Positions 1-9,295 of a DNA stretch of 10,980 nt are shown piece by piece. The notes beneath the pieces are model-generated. The model was not told the origin of the DNA. It saw only the letters and a program-made list of their open reading frames with translations, and made no database searches. The stretch is from Octopus sinensis (Eukaryota), in contig NW_021827233.1 of NCBI RefSeq assembly GCF_006345805.1, positions 1 to 10,980 of the forward strand. The letters are read 5' to 3'. Numbering within the stretch: the stretch's first letter is position 1; each line of letters begins with the position of its first letter. The position numbers and the translations under genes were made by a program.

Positions 1-458
1 TATTGAAAAACTGATACTTTGTATATGTTTATTCCAAGGTAGTCTCTCCTACGGATGGTAACATATTGTCTTAGCAACATTATATCGCAATGGAAGGTTG
101 TATCATTTTTGATATTTTAGAGCAGTGGCAGATTACATATATACAATATTATCCACATTTTCCTTCGTGTCATGTATTTCTTTGTTGTTCGTTAAGGATT
201 TCGTAGCCATCCCCTGCTTTGGACTGTATGTATATATGCTTATATGAACGTTATAGTGCATGCATATACTGTATGTATATGTTTATATATACGTATCTAT
301 GTAGTTGTATGTGTTTACAAATTTTTTATTTATTTATTAGAATGCATCCAAGAAGAAAGGAACTGGTTTCTAAGAAAGAAAGAAAGAATCTTGATAAATG
401 TTGCATATTGAATTTTTGAAAAACCTTCCGTATTTTTACTCTCCCACCTTTAAAATGT

Positions 459-498
459 ATCTGTAATGTGTGTGTTAGCTAACACACACATTACAGAT
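459..498. repeat. Perfect 40-bp palindrome with no spacer
   Basis: atctgtaatgtgtgtgttag|ctaacacacacattacagat; 20/20 pairs checked by hand, centre between 478 and 479. Confidence 0.97.
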
Positions 499-715
499 TT
501 GGTCGAAAATCATAGCTTTTCCAGGTGTGATTTAGATATCTGTTAACATAACTAAGCGCAACAATAATTATTGGTGTAGATATCAATTTATATTCAAGGA
601 AGAAGAAGTGCAAATTTTGAAGCAATTGTTTCAACTTGGGAGCTACTCTCTATGACTACACATGCTGTATCAGGCCTGTTATGTTTTGATGAGTATGCTT
701 CACCAATATTCCTAG

Positions 716-772
<57 letters not shown>

Positions 773-795
773 TATATATATATATAATATATATA
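716..795. repeat. (TA)n microsatellite, interrupted
   Basis: Direct reading. Confidence 0.97.
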
Positions 796-921
796 CCAGG
801 CGTGCTGCCTAGGTAGGCAAGAAAGGCAGGTTTTACCTTGAATAATAGATAGATAGCAACATTTTCCTTTCATGGCAAAATATGCACCTAGTCCAATAAA
901 ATTATGAAGGTTACTCTGATT

Positions 922-947
922 ACACACACACACACACACACACACAC
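922..947. repeat. (AC)13 microsatellite
   Basis: Direct reading. Confidence 0.97.
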
Positions 948-1831
948 GTGTGTGCATTTCAAAATCACTCTAAGAATTCTTGTAACGCCCAATTTACAAG
1001 CAAGTATGTAAAAAAAAGCAAAAACACACTACAGAATGTTTTATGGGACAAATACAAATCTTTATACGAAGCGGACAGCAGCAACATTCACTAAAGACTT
1101 CTGTCTAACATCACTCAACATTTACAAAGAAACTAGTAACAAAATATATTATTCCATAAATCTCGAAGATGAAAACAAAAGACCATTAAACTTAATAAAG
1201 ATGACAGAATAGAATACTTCGCTATATGTAAACATTACATCCTCTTTAAAAATTTCAAAGGCAAGTTTATTTGTAATACCAAACGAAGGTTAATTAATAC
1301 TGTTATGAGTAAATTCGGTATTGTCAGCAGAAACAGCATTCTCGATTCAATTATTCTTTAAGTTAAAAAGGCGTCATTTCCGTTCAATTAAAGTGTAGCA
1401 GTTTTTTTCTCTTCCATAAAGTAGTTTAACGCTATCAATAATAAACATTACTATAAATTTACACAATTTGATTTAGTAGAATACTATCCTTCTGTAACTG
1501 CATTATTCCTCTAAAATTATTGTTTTTTTTTTTTTTTATATTTTAATTTTAGTTTTGCTTTAATCAATGAATCTCATATTAGGATTAACATGCATGCAAG
1601 AACGTCTTTCATATTCTGCAGAAAGTCATTCTTTTCTGTAAAGAATAGTTTTATGATTGTATAGGAATTCAAGGGGGAAAAGAATTATATGAAATTATTT
1701 GGTTTAATATTTTAAATGCTCTAAAAATATTCTCTACGTCAAAGGGTTTGTTTATACCAAAAAGATGGTTAAATAATCCCTCGTAATATGAATAGTCATG
1801 AACGAGATAAATTTAGAAAGATCGCGTAAGA

Positions 1832-1973
1832 TAAGAAGTTTGCTTCCCAACAACATGGTACCGGGTTCAGTCTCACTGCATGGCATCTAGGACAAATGCT
1901 TTTTACTACAACTCCGGGTGGACGCAAAGTCTTGTCAGTGGATTTGGTAGATGGAAACTGAAATAAGACTGTC
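1832..1973 (+). mobile_element. tRNA-derived SINE, 5' half (copy A, diverged)
   Basis: Aligns by eye to the reverse complement of 7749-7896 and 9567-9726 (catggtaccgggttcagtctcactgc...gtggatttggtagatggaaactgaaa). B-box-like ggttcagtctc at 1864-1874. Runs into a TA/TG microsatellite. Confidence 0.88.
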
Positions 1974-2104
1974 ATATATATATATGATTGTGTGTGTGTG
2001 CGTGTGGGTGTGTGTGTGCATATATAAATGTATGTATATATGCATATAAGTGTATGTATGTGTTTTTATGCACGCGTGTGTGCATATATGTATATACACG
2101 CACA
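1974..2104. repeat. Mixed TA/TG/CA microsatellite between SINE copies A and B
   Basis: Direct reading; largely alternating purine-pyrimidine. Confidence 0.9.
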
Positions 2105-2268
2105 CGATGGGTTTCTTTCAGTTTCCGTCTACCAAATCCACTCACAAGGCTTAGGTCGGCCCGAGGCTATAGTAGAAGACAGTTTGCTTTAGGTGCCATG
2201 TACTGAGACTGAACTGAAACCATGTGCATGAAAAGCACACTTTTTACCGCACAACCATGCCTGTGCCT
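2105..2268 (-). mobile_element. tRNA-derived SINE, 5' half (copy B)
   Basis: ttctttcagtttccgtctaccaaatccactcacaaggc..ggtcggcccgaggctatagtagaagaca is nearly identical to 7757-7825 and 9576-9644. tRNA-like head on the minus strand begins near 2268. Confidence 0.92.
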
Positions 2269-2990
2269 ATGTTCATTATAATGAGGGTGTATTATAAGAA
2301 AATGGTTTTTCCAGAAATTCCTTACGCAAAATTCATTATATCAATGTTTAAGAATGTAAAAATAAGAAAATGAACTACTTTTGTTTAACACATACCTCGG
2401 TTTAAATGTCTCTTTCCATATCACTAGAAACATTTAAAATTTAATGTCTTTGCATTTCCCCTTAGGCCACAAATATCGCAATTGCATTAATGAAAGCAGT
2501 TAAATCTGGAGATTGCTGCCCTATTAACTTTGCAGTTTCTATCCTTCTACCTATACCTGTAACACGCCACAGTGTGTCTACTTGATAGTAAATGCCTCAT
2601 TAAAACCACTAGTATATTGTATATCATTCTTGATGACAATACTAACACAAAATCCTATATCGTCCAAATTCAAAATATCTTTGAAACAAAGTATTCTCAA
2701 CACAGCCATTTTATTGCAGGATTTGAATGGTTTGAACGAGAATGAATTCGCTTGTTCTCGTAGGCAGTTCACAAAATCATTGTTGAATAATGCTATATTA
2801 ATTACTTGGTCATTAATCTATTTATTTGATATAGAAAATATTGCGTTTAAAAAAAAAAATCATTGTTTTAATGTTCAACTTGTATCTCTATATTGATCCA
2901 GTTGTTTCCTTCGCACCATTTTCTGTGCATTGGCAGAATAACGATATATTTTCTGTTTCTATATCTTTAAATGCCAATTAATCTTTCATA

Positions 2991-3150
2991 TCATCATCAT
3001 CATCATCATCATCCTCCTCATCATCATCATCATCGTTGTCGTCATCATCATCATCACCATTATTATTATCATTATTATTAATATTATTATAATCATCCTC
3101 CTCCTCCTCCTCCTCCTCATCATCATCATCATCATCATCATCATTATTAT
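2991..3150. repeat. Compound trinucleotide microsatellite (TCA/TCC/TTA)n
   Basis: Direct reading; explains the poly-D/E/N and poly-M ORFs. Confidence 0.96.
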
Positions 3151-3290
3151 CGGAGAGCAACACACGCCATCAAAGTAAAGCTGGAATAAAAATATACGAA
3201 GCCCAATATACCAGGCACATGCATCACAACCTTGTGAGTGCGACATTGTAGGGTATTTCTAAAGTTTCCAAATGTTTCTTCAGGTTGAGT
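3151..3290 (-). repeat. Probable 3' end of a degraded retroposon abutting a triplet-repeat tail
   Basis: gccatcaaagt..aaaatatacgaagccca..accaggcacatgcatcacaacc resembles an interspersed octopus repeat from memory and directly adjoins the (TAT/CAT)n tract, as a LINE-type tail would. Class unverified. Confidence 0.35.
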
Positions 3291-3327
3291 GTAAGGACCA
3301 GCGGAGAGCTACAAATACTTATAACAC

Positions 3328-3446
3328 ATCCGTCCTTCCGTCCATCCATCATCAATTACATCTATCCATGCATCGATCCCTCTATCCAAGCATCCATCCA
3401 TCCATGCATACATACATGCAAAGATACATAAATGCAAACATACATA
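3328..3446. repeat. Degenerate (TCCA)n/(TACA)n tetranucleotide tract, the mariner insertion site
   Basis: Direct reading; catacatac-type sequence resumes at 4320 beyond the element. Confidence 0.8.
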
Positions 3447-4309
3447 CGGGGTGGTACCAAAAGGTTCCCGGACTAGTTACGTCTAATAAAACTTAATAAC
3501 TTATTTACCTAAGTTTTGATATCATTTCCTTCGAAATAGTTACCTTGCGCAGCAATGCACTGTCCCAGAGTTCCTGCCATTTTTAGAATCCGGTCTGGAA
3601 AGTGTTTTCTGTAAGCGAGTCGGGGACCTTTTGCGATTCGCTCTTGATCTCGACAACGGTGTTAAACCGGTGACCTTTGAGCTGCATTTTCATCTTGGGA
3701 AGGAGAGTGCAGCATCTGCTAAATCTGGCGAAAAGAGCAGCTGCGACAGCGATACTATGCTTTTGGTGAGAAACTGACGAGTGAGGAGAGTTCGGTGAAT
3801 AGGTGCATTGCATTGTCATCGTGAAGAATCCAATCCTTTGCGCTCCTCAGATCCGGTCACTTCCGACGAATGTTCCCACTCAAACGCTTCAAAACGTCGT
3901 TGATTCTCCTCCGACATTCCTCATGTACAAGCTGGTGAATTTCCCCCCACATTTCCGAGGGGTGATGCTCGTGGCACGTCTTCCAGGACATTCTTCCGCT
4001 TTTGAAGCGCCCGTGCCACTCGAAACATCGCGTACGGCCCATTGCCTCGTTGCTGTAAGCTTGCCGAAGCATACTCAATGTCTCTGTAGCAGACTTTCCA
4101 AGTTTAAAGCAAAATTTCACGTTGGCTCTATGTTCCTGTCCTTGATAAAAATCACAGACTACAGCATACATGTGATCCCAGAAACACAAATGTCACTCTG
4201 GACCCTGCCTCATGAAGGTCACATCTAGCTCTCACTTTGCACGCAACCGTTTGCTGCCATTTGTTGGCGCGCTACAGAGCTAGTCTGGGAACTTTTTGAC
4301 ACCACCTTG
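3447..4309 (-). mobile_element. Internally deleted, non-autonomous mariner (Tc1/mariner) DNA transposon, 863 bp
   Basis: 30-bp TIRs: 3447-3476 cggggtggtaccaaaaggttcccggactag vs reverse complement of 4280-4309 caaggtggtgtcaaaaagttcccagactag (24/30, all mismatches transitions). TA at 3445-3446; the other flank reads AA (4310-4311, presumably a decayed TA). Transposase remnants lie between the TIRs. Shorter than the ~1.3 kb typical of full mariners. Confidence 0.93.
3509..4140 (-). pseudogene. Mariner transposase pseudogene (N-terminal HTH plus C-terminal part of the catalytic domain)
   Basis: Minus-strand translation gives EHRANVKFCFKLGKSATETLSMLRQAYSNEAMGRTRCFEWHGRFKSGR (mariner N-terminal HTH), then DVLKRLSGNIRRK*PDL..WILHDDNA, a 5-bp duplication (tgcat, 3804-3813), PIH..FSPDLA (3734-3717; YSPDLAP motif), PKMKMQLKGHRF, F*KWQELWD and, after a frameshift, CIAAQGNYFEG..* (stop 3511-3509). 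In-frame stops, frameshifts, and no WVPHEL/first-aspartate region. Confidence 0.92.
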
Positions 4310-4319
4310 AACATTTAAA

Positions 4320-4344
4320 CATACATACACACAAATATATAAAC

Positions 4345-4411
<67 letters not shown>

Positions 4412-4577
4412 TATATATATATAGATAGATAGATAGATAGATAGATGCTTGGATGAATGGATGGATATAGATATATAAATGTATATATGTTTATAGACAC
4501 ATATGTATGCATTTATGTATGTGTATCGGTGTGAGTATATATACATATATACACACACATTCACACATACACACACA
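4320..4577. repeat. Compound (GACA)n/(GATA)n/(TA)n/(CA)n microsatellite
   Basis: Direct reading. Confidence 0.93.
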
Positions 4578-4631
4578 TTCTTTTATTCTTATATTCCTTT
4601 CAGCTATACGGCTGCGGTTATGCTGGAGCAC
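4578..4631 (-). mobile_element. SINE 3'-tail fragment
   Basis: ttcttttattcttatattcctttcagctatacggctgcggttatgctggagcac resembles the tail tttcagtcatttgactgcggccatgctggagcac of copies D and F. Confidence 0.7.
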
Positions 4632-5721
4632 TACAGTGATTTTGTACTTTTACATATCATTATCCCTTGGCAGAATTCTTCAGGTTGGTGGGATTTCATT
4701 TATGCATATATAGTTCAGTTTTTGATAACTATCAGAATGATTTTAAAAGTACATCTTGTATACTTTAACTTATTCTATGTCATTACCTAAAGAAATAAAA
4801 CCTGAAGTTACTGCATAAAATCTGAATAATCCACCAGATTATCTCCTACAAAAGCTATCTTTACCATTTACCCTTTATTTTTCAATCATTAGTTTTTTTT
4901 TACATTTATTTTGTTTTTTATTCTCTTTACATCTCACTATGACATCAGTGTATTGCCTTCGTTAGTTTAATTACGAGTTAATTAATTTTATTTATACTTT
5001 TCATATCAGTACGTTTACTATAAATACGGTTTTAATACAGATGTTTCATATACTGTCACCCATTCACAACTGCATACAACTTCTTGTTTTATCTTCCATA
5101 CAGGATGAATCTAAATTCTACACATATTAGCAGTTAATGAAACAGACTCCACAATTGACAAAAAGGAGAACGAAGGTTCAAATAAAACAAATATTCACGA
5201 AGGCATACAAGCCAGCCCTTTTTCCTTCCTGCTCCTCGATAACAGCGTTATTTAGATAACGACAAACATTATAATTAGTTGTATTAAAAAAATCAACCTT
5301 ATCATTGCGTCATTGTCGATATCAAGAATAGCATAATCTTTTTAATTACTGTATATCCTGTTGAAATAAGTTTTTCCAAATAATTATCCCAGAAAATTAA
5401 GCACAAATTCATCCCATCCCTATAATTAGACAAAATATTACGACTATATTGCCGATGTTTAACAAAAAGTGAGTGAAGCTGCCACCAACTTAATACAGGA
5501 AACAAAATACAGGTGTAATCGGATTAGAAGAAAAATATTACGTATACCTGTTCGTTTCTTTGTCAATGATACTGTAACAATTTTATCTGGTAAATTCAGT
5601 TTCTTCTTTTAATGATTCCGTTCTCATGCCATCTTCTTTTCGTGTCATGAGGCACATAAAGCCGTAACACAATCTCATGATTCCACTGCTACTAATCCTA
5701 TACAATAAGACAAGAATGCCA

Positions 5722-5759
5722 AACACACACACACATAAACACACACACACACATACACA

Positions 5760-5791
<32 letters not shown>

Positions 5792-5824
5792 TACACACAC
5801 ACACACAAACACACAGACACACAC
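5722..5824. repeat. Interrupted (CA)n microsatellite
   Basis: Direct reading. Confidence 0.96.
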
Positions 5825-6037
5825 GTTCTATCGTTCTTCTTTCATCTTTTACTTGTTTCAGTCATTAGACTGCGGCCATGCTGGGGCACCGCCTTGAAGA
5901 ATTTCAGTCGAACGAGTCGACCCCAGTACCTATTTTTTAAAGCCTGGTATTTATTCTATCGGAATCTTTTGCCGAAACCGCTCAATTCCGAGGGATATAA
6001 ACACACCAACATCGGTTATCATGTCTGTGGAGTGACA
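5825..6037 (-). mobile_element. Same SINE family, 3' half only (copy C, 5'-truncated)
   Basis: tcttttacttgtttcagtcattagactgcggccatgctggggcacc...ttattctatcgg...gccgaaaccgct...taaacacaccaacatcggtt aligns to 7460-7610 and 9356-9500. Confidence 0.9.
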
Positions 6038-6632
6038 GTCGGCAACGACATACTAATACATGAAAATTTCGACAATGGGAGAGAAACGAATATATTCGCA
6101 GTACTCGGACTGGAATGTGGGGGTCTGTTGAAGAGGGCACCCGCAAATCTGTTACAAAGGAGATCATGAGAAGCATCTCAATGAATCGGGTAGATTGATC
6201 GCGACTCCGGGGTTGAAAATAGGAACTGACCCCCATGGCAGTGGCGATGGTGGTGGAGGTTATGAAGAGAGGGATAAATGTAACAGTGTCGAACTGGACG
6301 AAACAATAATAATAGGAAAGTAATGAAACAACCGGAACAATATCTGTTAGAGCAACTCTGCTGAAAGTATTCCGCTCCAGCCGGTGGTTGAACGAGCACC
6401 TTTCTTTTATAAATACCTGGCTGGAAATACTGAAAGGTCATAGATGCGTAGGTTTGTCAGTTTGTGCGTGGGTGTGCACGCGTGCGTGGGTGGGTGTTGA
6501 TGTTCGTAAGCCTCCCAGCTTTCTATGAAGATAACGTTAAGTGTAAATAGACAAATTTGCATATTACGTTTCCGTTGGAATCGTGAGATGAGTATGTATG
6601 AGCAGTTATATTCTATATACGTACTTAAATGC

Positions 6633-6681
6633 ATATATATATAATATATAATATATATATATATATTATATATATATATAT

Positions 6682-6735
<54 letters not shown>

Positions 6736-6804
6736 GACACATATATATATGCTTATATATATGTATGTATATATAAGTAAAAATCTTACTGTGGCCATAT
6801 ATAT

Positions 6805-6857
<53 letters not shown>

Positions 6858-6985
6858 GTGTATGTATATGTATGCGTGCATATGAGCGTGTGAGCTCATA
6901 CACACATATACGTGTTTGTGTTTATGTATGTGTGTGTATGTGTGTCTGTGAAAACACACATACACTCATACACACACACACATAT
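6633..6985. repeat. Compound (TA)n/(GATA)n/(TG)n/(CA)n microsatellite field
   Basis: Direct reading. Confidence 0.93.
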
Positions 6986-6993
6986 TTATCCGA

Positions 6994-7055
6994 TTGTTAT
7001 TGTTGCTGTTGTTGTTCTTCTTCTTCTCCTCCTTCTTCTTCTTTGTCTTCTTCCT

Positions 7056-7130
<75 letters not shown>

Positions 7131-7158
7131 GTCATTATTATTATTATTATTATTATTA
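6994..7158. repeat. Compound trinucleotide microsatellite (TGT)n-(TCT)n-(TAT)n
   Basis: Direct reading; explains the poly-Y/I/L ORFs. Confidence 0.96.
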
Positions 7159-7448
7159 ATGAAATTTTCTTTGCCTCGTATTCTACTTTAACTTTACCTT
7201 TTGGAAAAATAAACGATTTAAAATATTTCTCTATATAACATATAAAAAAAACTCATTTCTCAAAAGAGAAAAACGATTACTCTTTCTGTTTATTCAGAAT
7301 ATAAAGATATTAAAGCTGACATGTATGTACGTACGTACGTACATACGTATGTGTATGACAATATTTGTGTATATATGTATCTAAATATGTACGTACGTAC
7401 GCACATATATGTACATTATACATATTGAATATATATATACGATATGTA

Positions 7449-7661
7449 TTACTCTATTACTCTTTTACTTGTTTCAGTCATTTGACTGCGGCCATGCTGG
7501 AGCAAATCGACCCCAGGACTTATTCTTTGTAAGCCCAGTACTTATTCTATCGGTCTCTTTTGCCGAACCGCTAAGTGACGGGGACATAAACACACCAGCA
7601 TCGGTTGTCAAGCAATGCTAGGGGACAAACACAGACACACAACATATACCACACACATACA

Positions 7662-7749
<88 letters not shown>

Positions 7750-7896
7750 GACAAGCTTCTTTCAGTTTCCGTCTACCAAATCCACTCACAAGGCATTGGT
7801 CGGCCCGGGGCTATAGCAGAAGACACTTGCCCAAGATGCCACGCAGTGGGACTGAACCCGGAACCATGTGGATGGTAAGCAAGCTACTTACCACAC
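7449..7896 (-). mobile_element. Near full-length tRNA-derived SINE with internal (TA)n (copy D)
   Basis: Colinear and highly similar to 9339-9726. On the minus strand: tRNA-like head with B-box-like gggttcagtccc, a CORE-like cttgggcaagtgtctt segment, an internal microsatellite (~7628-7748), and a 3' tail ending in short tandem repeats. Resembles the abundant octopus SINE from memory; family name unverified. Confidence 0.93.
7664..7748. repeat. (TA)n expansion inside SINE copy D
   Basis: Direct reading; the equivalent tract in copy F is much shorter. Confidence 0.96.
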
Positions 7897-7907
7897 TATA
7901 TATATAT

Positions 7908-8277
7908 AGGCATGATTGTTGTGGTGTTAAAAGGCTCGTATTGGAACCATGTGGTTTCAGGTTCAGTTCCACTGCGTTACACCTTGGGTAGATGTCCTCT
8001 ACTATAACTCCAGGTCAACCAACATCTTTTCAACGAATTTCGTAGAGGGAAACTGTGTGGAAGTCCGTCGTATGTGTGTGTGTTCGCCTTTTTGTATATC
8101 CCTTCTCCGCTTAGCAACCGTTGTTGGTTTATTTACGTCCCCGTACCTTAGCGGTTTTGCGCAAGAGAACAGTTGATTAAATGACAGATTTTAAAAATAA
8201 GTGTTGAGGTCGATTTGTTCGACCAAACGCTGTAACGCTGTGCCCCAGCATGGCCGGAGACCAACGACTGAAACAAA
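7908..8277 (+). mobile_element. Near full-length, older copy of the same SINE superfamily (copy E)
   Basis: Diverged but colinear with the reverse complement of copy D: aaccatgtggtttcaggttcagttccactgcg, accttgggtagatgtcctctactata, ggaaactg..gaagtccgtcgtatgtgtg, tttacgtccccgtaccttagcggtt, ggtcgatttgttcgac, gccccagcatggccg..gactgaaacaa. Confidence 0.88.
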
Positions 8278-8303
8278 TTCAATATTAAAAAGCTATATAT
8301 ACA

Positions 8304-8361
8304 TTCTTTTATACTTTTATATGTTCCAGTCTTGAGGTTGTGGCGATGCTGGGGCACCGTC
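8304..8361 (-). mobile_element. SINE 3'-tail fragment
   Basis: ttcttttatacttttatatgttccagtc..tgtggcgatgctggggcaccgtc resembles the tail of copy C (gccatgctggggcaccgcc). Confidence 0.7.
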
Positions 8362-8699
8362 AGTCATATACCCACATAGTGCGTGTATGTGTGCGTGTGT
8401 GTCTATGTATTTGTATGAATTTATATTTGTGTTCAAATATTCGCATAAGTGCATGCATAAATGAGTGTGTGTGCGTATACAGAATTACACATACCGGTGC
8501 ATGTGTGTGTATACACGCACACTCACATACATAACCACATTTAGCCGTCGCTCGCTGGCGAGTTTACCTTGTTAGCTTCTACTAGTTGTTGAAAGTGCCC
8601 ATGTCGAGGCGAGCTGACATAGATACCCTCTCGAACTTAGCACCTATGGCTATAACAACGTGATAGATAAAAGGAGAAAGATCTGTCTCAGTAGACGGT

Positions 8700-8797
8700 T
8701 GATACTCATTTGCATCTGAGTGGACTGGTGCAACGTGAAAGACTCAATGTTTTGTCCGATCCTGAATTGGAACCCACGACGACCGTAAGATCATAAG
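8700..8797 (-). mobile_element. Degraded fragment of a second, CORE-like tRNA SINE
   Basis: Minus strand reads gggttccaattcagg (B-box-like) followed by tttcacgttgcaccagtccactcagatgcaaatgagta, which resembles SINE central-domain sequence from memory. No second copy in the window. Confidence 0.5.
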
Positions 8798-8946
8798 TTT
8801 ACATTTATCTATCATTCCAATATTGATGTCAATTAAAATGTCGTTGTTGTTTGCTGTCGTTGATGATGATGATGATGGCAACGACGATTACAATGACAAC
8901 GTTAACTATGATGATTCCAGTGGTAGCAATAACTGTAAGTTGACAA

Positions 8947-9000
8947 AGCCGGTATAAATACTGCTAAATATTTTATCCGACGTGCTAACGATTCTGCTAG
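8947..9000 (-). mobile_element. Short 5' fragment of a third SINE-like repeat
   Basis: Minus strand ctagcagaatcgttagcacgtcggataaaatatttagcagtattt resembles the head of a common octopus repeat as recalled (ctggcagaatcgttagcacgccgg..aaatgcttagcggtattt). Recall only. Confidence 0.45.
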
Positions 9001-9218
9001 GTCAACAATCTAAAATGAAGGAAGTTGCTGATTAATTAGTTGGAATTATGTAACTTTTACTAAAAGAAAGCAATTATCAAATTCTCAATTATTTTGAAAG
9101 TCTTTAAAAGAATTCCAATTTTAATATATTTTCATCAAAATGTGGTTTCTGATTTCTTTTGAAATAAATCTATTTTAATTCGCTGCTGGCTTTTTAAATT
9201 TGAAACTAATATTTGAGA

Positions 9219-9222
<4 letters not shown>

Positions 9223-9270
<48 letters not shown>

Positions 9271-9295
9271 CACACACAAACACACAAACACACAC
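9223..9295. repeat. (CA)n microsatellite
   Basis: Direct reading. Confidence 0.96.

Noticed and set aside
340-655. Short purine-rich frames after AG dinucleotides (MHPRRKELVSKK.., YQFIFKEEEVQILKQLF..)
   Set aside because: Under 30 codons, no recognisable family and no consistent exon structure.
2578-2896. Overlapping 104-aa (+) and 64-aa (-) ORFs and an acceptor-like ttattgcag ending at 2719
   Set aside because: Non-ATG starts, AT-rich composition, no recognisable domain and no convincing donor/acceptor pair.
2978-3246. Acidic poly-D/E/N ORF and poly-M/R/I ORF on the minus strand
   Set aside because: Both are translations of a compound triplet microsatellite, with no unique coding context or clear splice signals.
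3803-4228. 141-aa ORF on the plus strand
   Set aside because: Antisense shadow of the mariner transposase remnant; the recognisable motifs are on the minus strand.
5081-5260. Acceptor-like ttcttgttttatcttccatacag ending at 5103 on the plus strand
   Set aside because: All three frames stop within about 35 nt and no good donor follows.
6083-6150. Possible hammerhead ribozyme (gaaa-hairpin plus ctgttga)
   Set aside because: The core deviates from CUGANGA, the UH cleavage site is missing and stems I and II do not pair.
6407-7238. Several long ORFs (YI repeats, YLSI repeats, poly-Y/I/L)
   Set aside because: Stop-free frames produced by (TA)n, (GATA)n and (TAT)n repeats.
7323-7346. 24-bp perfect palindrome gtatgtacgtacgtacgtacatac
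   Set aside because: Follows from the self-complementary (GTAC)n repeat.
7820-7896. tRNA-like sequence with A/B-box-like motifs (also in copies A, B, E and F)
   Set aside because: These are SINE heads continuous with SINE bodies; no complete cloverleaf or standalone tRNA gene is evident.
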